A DNA stretch of 64,000 nucleotides from an uncultured Methanomassiliicoccales archaeon (GCA_942492955.1 OW818644.1:2436855-2500854), one strand, 5' to 3'. Positions 27,719 to 37,300 are shown, counted from the first letter of the stretch. Notes: generated by a model from the letters alone, not told the origin. Program-made: numbers and translations.

Positions 27719-28561
27719 TTGGCATGGAACGGCGATCTCCCCCTGGTGAAAAATTCTATTAGGCCAGTTCGTCATCCTGGGGACAGGATGGAACGATCAG
27801 AACTGGTCTGCAATTTTCGATTGACGGGCGCGGAGAGCAGCTACTGCCTGATGAAGACCAGACGCATGGCCGACACCGAGAACGCAATACCGTCCCTGGT
27901 CTTCCACGGGGTGGATGAAAGCAGACCCATCCTATGCGGCCCAGAGCTGGCCGCGGCCTGCCCATTCCGCATGTCCATTTCAGATAGGAACTCGAAGAAG
28001 ACCATGGTCCCGTGCCCACACTGCGGGCACAGGCATCGTCCGGACTCGAACTCCAGGATGATCTGTGAGGCATGGGCATCGACCAAGGCTGCGCTGAAAC
28101 AGATGAGGGCCGATTTCCCCGGGCTGCGCAAATACTACCTCACCGGCACCAAGCAGCAGCCATATGCCGAGGAGACGTCCGATCTGGTACGGAGGGTCCT
28201 CTGGCCCAAGATCAAGTCGGCGGTGCTCCGGCGCGACAAGTACATATGCCAGGATTGCGGGGTCAATTTCGAGCGGGGCCGCATCAGGGTCTATGACCCG
28301 ACCCTCAGGCACGGCAGGGGCGGGACCCGCGTCGAATCACTCGAGGTGCACCATATCATCCCCCGCTCCAGAGGCGGTTCCGATCACCCTGGGAACCTTA
28401 AAACGCTCTGCCCCGCCTGTCACCGGCGTTACACCAACGAGCTCATCACCGATATCGCCCAGGAGGTCCGCCATGACAAACAGGTGAACGCCATCATCGC
28501 CGAATGCCGGGAGCGGGTCGGAAGCGATTGGCAGGATTCCAACTGGGAACCGCGGGACTGA
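27719..28561 (+). CDS. HNH endonuclease-domain protein with an upstream zinc ribbon
   Basis: HNH core CQDCG...LEVHHIIPRSRGGSDHPGNLKTLCPACH, with an upstream CPHCGHRH. The start is uncertain; in-frame Met codons lie at 27788, 27851 and 27866. Confidence 0.75.
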   Translation: MAWNGDLPLVKNSIRPVRHPGDRMERSELVCNFRLTGAESSYCLMKTRRMADTENAIPSLVFHGVDESRPILCGPELAAACPFRMSISDRNSKKTMVPCPHCGHRHRPDSNSRMICEAWASTKAALKQMRADFPGLRKYYLTGTKQQPYAEETSDLVRRVLWPKIKSAVLRRDKYICQDCGVNFERGRIRVYDPTLRHGRGGTRVESLEVHHIIPRSRGGSDHPGNLKTLCPACHRRYTNELITDIAQEVRHDKQVNAIIAECRERVGSDWQDSNWEPRD

Positions 28562-28669
28562 CCGTTAACGGCAAAAGACCCGCTCCGATTGGACAATTGG
28601 GGGAATTTCCGGGTCGATCCCGATTGAATCCACCGTCAGTTATTATAGCAGTAGCCCCTCAAATCCGAC

Positions 28670-30382
28670 GTGGACCTGACCTTCATCCTTACCTTGCCGG
28701 TATGGATCACCCTTACCGTAGCGATGACGCTGATGGCATTGGAATGGACCTCCAGGCCCCTTCCGATCAGGGCCCCGTTCATTTTCCTGATGATCACCAT
28801 CACCTTGTTCACGTTGGGGTATCTTGGTGAGATCCTTTCGCCCGACAAGGGCACCATGGCGGCGTGGAACCTGCTGGAGATGTCGGTGTTCATCGTCCTG
28901 CCCTCCCTGTTCCTGATCTTCGTTGTCTCCTATCTGGGACGAGAGGATATATTGGACCGCAAGAGGCTGTTCCTCCTGTTCCTGGTGCCGGCCGCCCTGC
29001 TGACGCTGCTTTGGACGAACGACAACATACATGGCTTCTACGCCAATCTCAGCAGCCAGGAATTCTTCGGCGCGATCAACGGTCTGACCTATTCCTACGG
29101 GATAGGGTTCTGGGTCCTGGTGGTGTTCTTCGTCTTCATCATGATCTCATCGGTGACGCTCGTGGCCCAAGGACTGTTCAGTCCCAGCCGCTACCACCGG
29201 ACGCAGGTGATCGTCGTTCTCGGTGCAGCGGCGTTCCCCATGCTGGCGCTGTTCATCGGAATAACATTCTCGGACGCGGTTCCGATGAGCTTCATGCTGG
29301 ATGCCGGATTTCTCGGTACGGTCCTGGTGCTGTTCTACGGGTCGTTCCGTTATGAACTGCTGGACATGACCCCGTTGGTCCTCGATTCGGTCATCAGGAC
29401 GATCGAGGACGGTACCCTGGTACTGGACACCAAGGGCCGGGTCATCTATTCCAATCCCGCCGTCGAGGACATGCTCGATCTGAAGAGCAAGGAGATTAGC
29501 GGCAAGATGCTCCCGGAGGTATCCCCGACCATCCATCAGCTGGTCAGGGACGGGGTGTCGAAGAAGGAGGTCACGTTCCCAGGGGCGTCAGCCGATAGGC
29601 TCGTTGACATCCACATAACCAAGATCGAAAATCATCAGGGGGTGGAGAACGGAACGCTCATCCTGCTCCAGGAGGTCACGGAGGAAAGGAAGAACCAGAG
29701 GGAGCTGAAGACCGCCAATTCGAAGCTCAACCTGCTGTCAAGCATCACCAGGCACGACATCCTGAACCAGCTCACCGTCATCCACGGATATGGCGAATTG
29801 ATCGCGATGAAACGAAAGGAAGACGAGGATCTGAGGATGATAATGGAACGGATAATGGCATCCGCCTCGGCCATCGAACGCGGGATCGAGTTCACCAAAG
29901 TGTATCAGAACCTCGGGGTCAAGGCGCCAGAATGGCAACGGCTGGGGGATGTCCTGGAAAAGGCCAAGGAGGCGATGACGTCGCGTTCCATCGAATACCA
30001 TTTCCAGACCTCGGGAATACTAGTCTTCTCGGACCTGATGCTTGAGAGGATGTTCTTCAACCTTATGGAGAACTCCCAGCGGCACGGCGGCAATGTGAGA
30101 AACATCTGGGTGGACGTCGAGGACCGCGGGAACATCAAGGTCCTCGTATACCGGGACGATGGAAAGGGAGTGGGCCAAGAGAACAAGCAGAAGATATTCG
30201 AGATGGGGTTCGGCAGCAATACCGGTCTCGGACTTTATGCGGCGCGTGAGATATTGGCGATCACCGGCTTGACCATCTCCGAGACGGGAGAGGAAGGGAA
30301 AGGTGTAAGGTTCGAGATCGAGGTTCCTAGGGGTAGCTGGAGATTCGAAAATGGTCTAGGCCAGGTCAGATATGCAACATGA
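28670..30382 (+). CDS. Membrane sensor histidine kinase: 7-TM N-terminal domain + PAS + HK core
   Basis: I count seven hydrophobic helices in the first ~230 aa, followed by a PAS-like segment. H-box LLSSITRHDILNQL, N-box NLMENSQRHG, G-box GSNTGLGL. GTG start. Confidence 0.85.
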   Translation: MDLTFILTLPVWITLTVAMTLMALEWTSRPLPIRAPFIFLMITITLFTLGYLGEILSPDKGTMAAWNLLEMSVFIVLPSLFLIFVVSYLGREDILDRKRLFLLFLVPAALLTLLWTNDNIHGFYANLSSQEFFGAINGLTYSYGIGFWVLVVFFVFIMISSVTLVAQGLFSPSRYHRTQVIVVLGAAAFPMLALFIGITFSDAVPMSFMLDAGFLGTVLVLFYGSFRYELLDMTPLVLDSVIRTIEDGTLVLDTKGRVIYSNPAVEDMLDLKSKEISGKMLPEVSPTIHQLVRDGVSKKEVTFPGASADRLVDIHITKIENHQGVENGTLILLQEVTEERKNQRELKTANSKLNLLSSITRHDILNQLTVIHGYGELIAMKRKEDEDLRMIMERIMASASAIERGIEFTKVYQNLGVKAPEWQRLGDVLEKAKEAMTSRSIEYHFQTSGILVFSDLMLERMFFNLMENSQRHGGNVRNIWVDVEDRGNIKVLVYRDDGKGVGQENKQKIFEMGFGSNTGLGLYAAREILAITGLTISETGEEGKGVRFEIEVPRGSWRFENGLGQVRYAT

Positions 30383-30467
30383 GGAAGGGCGCTTCATTTT
30401 CGGGCAATCCTAGATATCGACCCACGTCCATACTCATTGAAGGATGGAGACCGGAGCGGGCGGCATC

Positions 30468-31262
30468 ATGAGGGAAGATCTGAAAACCAGGATCAAGCTG
30501 TTTGCACAAGGATTAGGTATTCCATTCATCGGATTCGCCCCGGTCGACCGATGGGAACATCCACCATTCCGTCCCTGGATGCCTCCGGAATTTTATCCAC
30601 AGAACGTGATCCCGGGAACGAAGACGGTCATCGTGATCGGACTGCCGGTCATCCTTCCCATCATCGAGACCACGCCATCGATCTACTATCACGAGCTATA
30701 CAAGACCATCAACCTCTTGCTGGACCAGTATGCGTATAGGATCTCGCTTCTCCTGGATGAAGAAGGTCATTCGGCGGTCGGCATCACCCGGGACGGCTAT
30801 GCCAGCCTAGAGGTCCTGAAGGAGAGCCCGATAGCCGCCTTCTCGCATCGTCATGCCGCCTATTTTGCCGGTCTGGGGACATTCGGCGTCAACAACACTC
30901 TGCTCACCAAACGTTACGGACCCAGGGTGAGGTTCGTATCGATCCTTACAAGCGCCGAGATCGCGCCCGACCCGGTAATGGAAGAAAGACTCTGCATCCG
31001 TTGCATGAGATGTGTGGATCACTGTCCAGTCAAGGCGATCGAAGCAGGCGACTATCCAGAGCATGTAATTGACAAGGGACGCTGCACGAGCCATAATGCA
31101 AGCCTGAGCCGGCGCGGGATATCTCCGTGCGGGATATGCATCAAGGTCTGCCCAGTAGGGGAGGACAGGAAGTTGCACGGCCGGACCGACATGGACATTT
31201 ATCGGGGAACTGGTCCGCTTGAGGATTCCTGGAAGCACGTCCGTTCGTATGGGGCGAAGTGA
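30468..31262 (+). CDS. QueG-like (epoxyqueuosine-reductase-family) iron-sulfur oxidoreductase
   Basis: The core resembles QueG/RdhA-like proteins (HRHAAYFAGLGTFGVNNTLLTKRYGPRVRFVSILT). Two ferredoxin-type Cys clusters: CIRCMRCVDHCP and CGICIKVCP. Confidence 0.6.
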   Translation: MREDLKTRIKLFAQGLGIPFIGFAPVDRWEHPPFRPWMPPEFYPQNVIPGTKTVIVIGLPVILPIIETTPSIYYHELYKTINLLLDQYAYRISLLLDEEGHSAVGITRDGYASLEVLKESPIAAFSHRHAAYFAGLGTFGVNNTLLTKRYGPRVRFVSILTSAEIAPDPVMEERLCIRCMRCVDHCPVKAIEAGDYPEHVIDKGRCTSHNASLSRRGISPCGICIKVCPVGEDRKLHGRTDMDIYRGTGPLEDSWKHVRSYGAK

Positions 31263-31279
31263 ATAGCGATCGTGTTGGC

Positions 31280-31807
31280 TCAGACGATCCTTCTCTCATA
31301 TAGGAACAGGGGGAACCCCCGTTCCCCCACATCCGTCTCGCCGACCTTCAGGAAGCCCATCTTTTCATAGAACCGATGATTCCTCAACGACCATGAAGGC
31401 GTGTCCAGCTCCCAAACGACATTTCTGGGATACCGCAGGAACATCAGAGCCACCGCTTTTTGACCGATCCCCTTCCCTTGAGCACTGGGGTCGATGAAGA
31501 TGCGCACCATCCTGCATCGTCCGGACGATACAGCGACCGCCAGACCGCCAACGGTACTGCCGTTTTGTTCGATCTTGAAGAAATCGGTTCGTTCCATGAG
31601 GTCGATCTGTCCCTCGATGGTATCGTAACCAGATGGACCTCCCGATCCCTTTCGATGAAACATGAGCGATTCGGCATCGAAGGCTTCACGTTGGATGTTA
31701 GAGAGCGTTTCCGCGTCCTTCTCGGTAGCAACAGAGAGGGTGACGTCTTCTCGGATGAACATGGACGATTGCGCATTGAAGAACCGGTTTAAGAGCGTAT
31801 CCATCAT
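31280..31807 (-). CDS. GNAT-family N-acetyltransferase
   Basis: Acetyl-CoA pocket motif IFIDPSAQGKGIGQKAV (Q/RxxGxG/A). 175 aa. Confidence 0.8.
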   Translation of the reverse strand: MMDTLLNRFFNAQSSMFIREDVTLSVATEKDAETLSNIQREAFDAESLMFHRKGSGGPSGYDTIEGQIDLMERTDFFKIEQNGSTVGGLAVAVSSGRCRMVRIFIDPSAQGKGIGQKAVALMFLRYPRNVVWELDTPSWSLRNHRFYEKMGFLKVGETDVGERGFPLFLYERRIV

Positions 31808-31993
31808 TCCTGATGTTGATCAAGAAACGTTTGGATCCGGATGTCCCTCATCGACGGCAAACAGAGATATCGTTGTACATTTGTGATAGGAAGTGATCTT
31901 TTTCCATGCATTCGTGACAGGATAGGAAATTAGCAGCATCACATCGACGCTACTTAGCATAAGAATTATTAATGAGGAGAAATTAGGTGAGAA

Positions 31994-32055
31994 TGGCGCG
32001 GGGGTCCTCCAAAAAGGTCTTTCCCCAAGATCCCGTAATTTTAACCCCCGCGCTA
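31994..32055. other. GC-rich hairpin: perfect 10-bp stem GCGCGGGGGT (31996-32005) / ACCCCCGCGC (32044-32053) around a 38-nt loop, flanked by a C7 run
   Basis: Read directly from the sequence. It sits in a ~400-bp divergent intergenic region between two GNAT genes. It has no tRNA cloverleaf and no C/D boxes. Confidence 0.4.
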
Positions 32056-32216
32056 CCCCCCCTATTATTTTGGAGAGATATTATAGGTTATCGTTGAGTT
32101 CTGGCCCGGTCACATCGGTTAACTCCATTTGACCTGAGTGCTACATTTTCTGAAGTTTTATCAGATCTCCATCGAACATATTTAGCCGAAGCTACGTTCT
32201 CTTGGATGTCTGAGGT

Positions 32217-33065
32217 ATGGGAATGGAAGACATGATCGTCGGCAACATGACCAAGGAGGAGGTCGCGGTCAGCTTGGAATGGGCCAAGGCCGAGGGGTGG
32301 AACCCCGGCCTTCACGACGCAGAAGTCTTCTATGAGACCGACCGGAAAGGATTCTTTGCTGCTCGCTGGAACGGCGAGATGGTCGGCAGCATCTCTGTTG
32401 TTTCGTATCCCAACGGATTCAAGTTCGGCGGGCTCCTCATAGTGCGACCGGACTTCCGCAACAAGGGGATAGGGAAGCTTCTGATTTCGCATATGCTCCA
32501 GTATTCGGCCGACTCCAATCTGGGATGCGATGGGGTGCTCCAGATGGTTAAGAAGTACGAGTCGTATGGTTTCATACCCGTTCACGAGAACATCAGGTAT
32601 GTCGGCAGATGCGCTCCGTTCCGGTTGAACCGCCAGGAAATTGTCCCGATCTCATCGGTCCCCTTACCTCAGTTGATGGAATACGACGCCCGCATGTTCC
32701 CTTCTGAACGAGAAAGGTTCCTCAGGCTATGGACGTCTCAGCCCGATTCTTACGGTCTCGCCTTCTGTGCTGATGGTAAGGTCAAGGGATACGGGCTCAT
32801 CCGGCGATGCTATGCTGGACATAAGGTGGGGCCACTTTTTGCCGATGATGCGGTCATTGCCACCGATATCCTTTCCGCCCTATTGTCGAAATTCCCCGAT
32901 GAGGAGTTCATCCTCGATGTCCCGACGCCGAACCGTTCCGCCCTCGATCTGGCTCTGAGATTCGGGATGAAGGAGGTTTTCCGCACGCTGCGGATGTACA
33001 CCCGTGAAGCTCCAGACATCGAAATGGATCATGTGTTCGGAATAACGTCATTCGAATTGGGGTGA
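32217..33065 (+). CDS. Two-domain GNAT acetyltransferase (N-terminal GNAT + YitH-like C-terminal domain)
   Basis: GNAT motif VRPDFRNKGIGKLL. The 282-aa length, with a second alpha/beta domain, resembles YitH-type proteins. Confidence 0.7.
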   Translation: MGMEDMIVGNMTKEEVAVSLEWAKAEGWNPGLHDAEVFYETDRKGFFAARWNGEMVGSISVVSYPNGFKFGGLLIVRPDFRNKGIGKLLISHMLQYSADSNLGCDGVLQMVKKYESYGFIPVHENIRYVGRCAPFRLNRQEIVPISSVPLPQLMEYDARMFPSERERFLRLWTSQPDSYGLAFCADGKVKGYGLIRRCYAGHKVGPLFADDAVIATDILSALLSKFPDEEFILDVPTPNRSALDLALRFGMKEVFRTLRMYTREAPDIEMDHVFGITSFELG

Positions 33066-33070
33066 TCCAT

Positions 33071-34354
33071 ATGGAGTCTCATGGCGTACACAGCCGCATA
33101 TCTCGGGCCCCTCCGGAGGAGGCCGTGGACCTCGTGCTGTACCTAGGGCGGACCCTTTATCGTTTCGGCGCATCCTCGCAACGGATAATCGACTCGATGC
33201 AGGTCCTGAACCGTCACCTCGGGGGCATGGACCTGCGTATCCTGATCAATCCAGACGCGATCATGATCACGACGGTCTCGGGAGCCGAATACCGGACGAA
33301 GATCGATAAGGTCCCGTCCACCGGCACGATCGACCACACCATTGTCTCTGAGATCAGCTCGATGCTTCATACGCTCACCCCGGAAACGGACCACACGAAG
33401 ATAAGGGCGGAGCTGGACAGGATGAACCGGGATCGCGGCTCCCGGGGGATCGTTCCAATGATGATCGTCACCGCTGTCGCCATGGCCGCCTTCGGCCTGC
33501 TGAACGGTGGAGACCTATCGTCCATCCTGGTGGTGCTGCCGGCAACCGCGCTCTCCTACCTTGTCTTCAGGCTGCTGGGGAGGCAGGGCTGGAACTATTA
33601 TCTCAATGTTCTCGCCGCCACCATGGTGGGCGCAATATCCGCCTGCGCGCTGGCCCAGACCGGCGTCACCAACGCCACCGATGTGGCCCTCGTGGTGTCT
33701 GTTATATTCCTCATCCCTGGGGTGCAGCTGATCAACGGGGGCATCGAGATCGTGAGGAACCACAATCTGGTGGGTCTGTCCAGGCTTATCATGGTCAGCT
33801 TAACGCTGGCCATCATTGCGTTCGGCATCACGGCGGCCATAGCCATATTCCCCATCCCTTCGCAGGGCATTCTGGTCCCGGTCATATCCTGGCCTGGCAG
33901 CATCGGGTACGATGCTTTGCTGGGTGCGGTGGCGGCTTTCGGATTCGGCGCCCTCTTCCATACGCCTCGCTATCCGCTCCTCGCCTGCGCAGTCTGCGGT
34001 GCGGTCGGCCGCGCTTCGCGGTTAGTCCTGGTGGAGGGCGGTGCGGACATAGCCCTCGCCACGCTGGCCTCGGTCTCGCTCATAACGGTGATGGCGCTGG
34101 TATTCGCCCGCAGGTTCCGGGTCCCGGAGATTGTGATTGCCGTCTCAGCCGCCTTGACCATGATACCTGGATACTTCGGGATCAAGTTCATCGAAGGAGT
34201 GTTCGCCATGGAGCAGCACGGCGGTTCGGTCACCATCGCGGAACTGCTGGGAACGGTCCAGATGGGGCTCCAAACACTGTTCATCGCGGTGGCGATGGTC
34301 GCTGGTGTGATATTTCCCCTGATGATCCTCAGAAGCAAGCATCCTCGGTATTGA
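33071..34354 (+). CDS. Threonine/serine-exporter-family (ThrE; fused DUF1212 + DUF3815) membrane protein
   Basis: The N-terminal region LGRTLYRFGASSQRIIDSMQVLNRHLG is followed by ~10 TMs. A GTG at 33062 is an alternative start that overlaps the upstream stop. Confidence 0.65.
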   Translation: MESHGVHSRISRAPPEEAVDLVLYLGRTLYRFGASSQRIIDSMQVLNRHLGGMDLRILINPDAIMITTVSGAEYRTKIDKVPSTGTIDHTIVSEISSMLHTLTPETDHTKIRAELDRMNRDRGSRGIVPMMIVTAVAMAAFGLLNGGDLSSILVVLPATALSYLVFRLLGRQGWNYYLNVLAATMVGAISACALAQTGVTNATDVALVVSVIFLIPGVQLINGGIEIVRNHNLVGLSRLIMVSLTLAIIAFGITAAIAIFPIPSQGILVPVISWPGSIGYDALLGAVAAFGFGALFHTPRYPLLACAVCGAVGRASRLVLVEGGADIALATLASVSLITVMALVFARRFRVPEIVIAVSAALTMIPGYFGIKFIEGVFAMEQHGGSVTIAELLGTVQMGLQTLFIAVAMVAGVIFPLMILRSKHPRY

Positions 34355-34373
34355 TGGCTCCTTCTGGTTCGGG

Positions 34374-35354
34374 GTGATTTCTAAATCCACGGACTCCGTT
34401 TCACTTCTTGTGACCACGAACTCCCCCTGTTCATCACCACTCCGGAACCCATTCGCCCATACGTTCTCGATCTTGGCATACGACCCTAAGACCGGGGACA
34501 TCGGTGGAGCCGTGCAATCCCACTGGTTCTCGGTCGGCACCGTGGTCCTGTGGGGTGAGGCCGGAGTCGGCATCGTTGCCACCCAGTCGTTCACAAACCC
34601 GGCCTATGGGCCAAAAGGCTTGGCTCTCCTAAAGGAAGGAATTCTTCCAAGTGCGATCGTGGAGCGGATGACCCGCCATGACGAAGGAAGGGAGGTAAGG
34701 CAGCTCGCGGTCATGAACGCGAGAGGGGAAGCCGCCTCATACACTGGACGAAGATGCGTCCCTCATGCCGGAAACATTGTCGGAGACGGTCACTCCGTCC
34801 AAGCCAACATGATGCTGACGGACAAGGTGTTGCCATCGATGTCGCGGGCGTTCCTCTCGACGCAAGGCGATCTGGCCGATCGGATGATGGCCGCGCTTGA
34901 CGCCGCCCAATCGGCCGGAGGGGATTTCCGGGGCAAGCAGTCAGCCGCTCTGCTCGTTCTGTCCGGATCACCCACTGGAAGGGTATGGGAGGACAGAAAG
35001 GTGGACATCCGGGTGGACGACCGCAAGGAACCCCTAAAGGAACTGAGGCGGCTGCTCGGCATACACAAGGCCTACGAGCTCATGAACGAAGGGGACCGGG
35101 AACTGGAGGTAGGACAGATAGATGGTGCAATGTCACACTATTCGGCGGCCGAGGACCTGTTCCCGGAGAACGAGGAGATGATGTTCTGGCACGCGGCGAC
35201 TCTGGCCAGCATCGGTCGGTTCGAAGAGGCGGTCCCGCTGTTCCGCAAGGTGTTCGCCAAGAACCCGAACTGGAGGAAGTTCTCCCCAGACCTGGTGAGG
35301 CTCGGTCACCTGAAGATAAACGGGGAAGAACTGGAACGGCTCCTGAAGCTCTGA
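34374..35354 (+). CDS. DUF1028-family (Ntn-hydrolase fold) protein with a C-terminal helical/TPR-like extension
   Basis: TFSILAYDPKTGDIGGAVQSHWFSVG matches the family N-terminus (MTFSI...D...G.GVAV.S). Here it is preceded by 17-29 extra codons, depending on whether the GTG at 34410 or at 34374 is the start. Confidence 0.65.
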   Translation: MISKSTDSVSLLVTTNSPCSSPLRNPFAHTFSILAYDPKTGDIGGAVQSHWFSVGTVVLWGEAGVGIVATQSFTNPAYGPKGLALLKEGILPSAIVERMTRHDEGREVRQLAVMNARGEAASYTGRRCVPHAGNIVGDGHSVQANMMLTDKVLPSMSRAFLSTQGDLADRMMAALDAAQSAGGDFRGKQSAALLVLSGSPTGRVWEDRKVDIRVDDRKEPLKELRRLLGIHKAYELMNEGDRELEVGQIDGAMSHYSAAEDLFPENEEMMFWHAATLASIGRFEEAVPLFRKVFAKNPNWRKFSPDLVRLGHLKINGEELERLLKL

Positions 35355-35939
35355 ATGCTTGTCAAAACAACGACCTTCAAATATCGTTTGCTCCAAATAC
35401 CGGTCCAAGTGGTCGCCTTGAAGGGAATTGAGAGGAAGGTCGTTCTTTATATCGCCTGCAGTCTGGACGGTTACATTGCCGGACCTGACGGGGACATACG
35501 TTGGCTGTTCACAGATCAGGACTATGGTTATTCTGACTTCCTTAACCGGATCGACTCTGTAATAATGGGGAGGAAGACGTATGACCAGATCTTGGTCATG
35601 GGCGATTTCCCTTACGCCGGGAAGGACTGCTATGTCTTCTCCCGCTCGGCCATGGGTGGGGATGAGAACGTCGAGTTCGTTAACAGTCCCGTTAAGGAAT
35701 TCATCGAGGGATTGCGAGCCAATGATGGGAAGGACATATGGCTGGTCGGCGGGTCAGAGCTCATCCATGATTTTATGTTAGCATCTATCGTTGATGAGTT
35801 CATCATTTCCATACATCCCATGATCCTCGGTCAGGGCATTCCACTTTTCAGGACCGGGATACCGACATATGAGCTCCAGCTGGTGAACTCTGAATCTTTC
35901 TCCTCCGGGCTGGTCCAGATGAGTTACCTGAGAAAATAG
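35355..35939 (+). CDS. RibD C-terminal-domain / dihydrofolate-reductase-like reductase
   Basis: Motifs VVLYIACSLDGYIAGPDG, GRKTYD, WLVGGSELI. An ATG directly abuts the upstream stop. A TTG at 35418 would give the more typical short N-terminus. Confidence 0.7.
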   Translation: MLVKTTTFKYRLLQIPVQVVALKGIERKVVLYIACSLDGYIAGPDGDIRWLFTDQDYGYSDFLNRIDSVIMGRKTYDQILVMGDFPYAGKDCYVFSRSAMGGDENVEFVNSPVKEFIEGLRANDGKDIWLVGGSELIHDFMLASIVDEFIISIHPMILGQGIPLFRTGIPTYELQLVNSESFSSGLVQMSYLRK

Positions 35940-36020
35940 GGGGCTTAGTCGTATCTCTGCCAATCCGGAACGACCTTTTCGGACCGAAAGATGTTATTGC
36001 CAAAATGATGATGGTTCACC

Positions 36021-36713
36021 ATGCGTCTGATTACCCTTAACAAGAGCAAGCCAACCATGACATTGGATTTTTATGGTTGCCCCATGCACTGCAAATATTG
36101 CACTCATATGGTTCGAGAGAAGACGGATTATTCACTTGATCAAGTGAAGAGCATCTTGCTAGATTTCGATGTTAAGACGATAGTTTTCGGAGGCGCAGAG
36201 CCAGCCATTCAGAAGGGAGAACTGATGGAAATGATCAAGGTGGTGAAAAAAGCAGGTAAGGAAGTTGTCCTGAAGTCGACCGGTCATGATCCAGAGTTCA
36301 TCAAAGGGACGCTGCCTTTCGTTGATCGCTACATCCTGGAAGTAAAGGTTCCATTGGACGATCCCACAGGCTTGGCCGCTCTTACTGGTTTCAACGAGGA
36401 ACAAGCCCAAGCCCACCTCAATGGGATGAGGATCATTCTTGAAGCCATGAAAGAAAAGGAGGTCATGGCCACCATCAGGATCATCCCTGGCTACTACGAC
36501 GAGCCAAGGATAGGCCGCATCGGTAAGGATCTAGAAGGTGTTGTAGGAATGCTGCATATGACCCAGTTCCTATCGAGTCCTTATGATCTGCCTTTCGGAA
36601 GCGCTCTTGTCCCAGCACCTTCCGAGGACGAAATGATGGATCTCGGGAAGTGCATGAGACAGTACATCCCGAAAGTACGGGTCCAAGGAAATGGATTCGA
36701 TCACTGGCTCTAA
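36021..36713 (+). CDS. Radical SAM protein (activase-like, small)
   Basis: CxxxCxxC cluster motif GCPMHCKYCTH and the SAM-binding GGE-like motif FGGAEP. Confidence 0.7.
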   Translation: MRLITLNKSKPTMTLDFYGCPMHCKYCTHMVREKTDYSLDQVKSILLDFDVKTIVFGGAEPAIQKGELMEMIKVVKKAGKEVVLKSTGHDPEFIKGTLPFVDRYILEVKVPLDDPTGLAALTGFNEEQAQAHLNGMRIILEAMKEKEVMATIRIIPGYYDEPRIGRIGKDLEGVVGMLHMTQFLSSPYDLPFGSALVPAPSEDEMMDLGKCMRQYIPKVRVQGNGFDHWL

Positions 36714-37055
36714 TTCCATCAGGACAGCTTTCGAGGCGCCTCCCTGCAAAAGAGTTCTGTTCAGGCGTATCGGGGCGAAGGCGGTTCAATTCTATAGCAA
36801 ACAATGGTGAAAAGATACTCAATATTTTCACTAGTCAGTCAATTATTGAAATAAATATACATTGATAGATACGAACTTAATACTTATCCCAAAGAGGATA
36901 CGTTAATGCTCTTTGTACAATACTTTTATTAACGATACAATTTGTATGATATTTTGGGGTTATGAACACCCTGATAAATTGAAACGGGGGAAGCAAAATG
37001 AGAAAACCGAAAAAATGCAAGACAGGAACCGAAAAGAATGTGGGAGGCTAAGGAA

Positions 37056-37265
37056 ATGAACCAAGCCAGATATTCGCCGGAACTCAAGATGGCAGCTTCC
37101 GAATATGGATCAGACGTGGGTTATCTGGTCCGGGAGTTCGAGATCGAGGCGGAACGGAAAAGCGTGGAAAAGAAGAACGCATCCGTCAAGGCGAAGGAAG
37201 ATGCGGTAGGGTCAAAGAAACGCTTCATGGCAAGAATCTTTGAAAAACACCGCGCTCCAAGGTAA
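37056..37265 (+). CDS. Small Lys/Glu-rich hypothetical protein (69 aa)
   Basis: GGAGG lies 8 nt upstream of the ATG at 37056 (the ORF track starts at 37038). It is followed by a hairpin and a T-run. No family recognised. Confidence 0.4.
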   Translation: MNQARYSPELKMAASEYGSDVGYLVREFEIEAERKSVEKKNASVKAKEDAVGSKKRFMARIFEKHRAPR

Positions 37266-37300
37266 GCAGGCGCGGTTGCCTGCCTTTTAAATTTTCTTCT
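37266..37300 (+). terminator. Hairpin GCAGGC-gcggtt-GCCTGC followed by T-rich tract (CTTTTAAATTTTCTTCT)
   Basis: Read directly from the sequence. It lies immediately after the stop of the small ORF, and oligo-T tracts are the usual archaeal termination signal. Confidence 0.35.
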
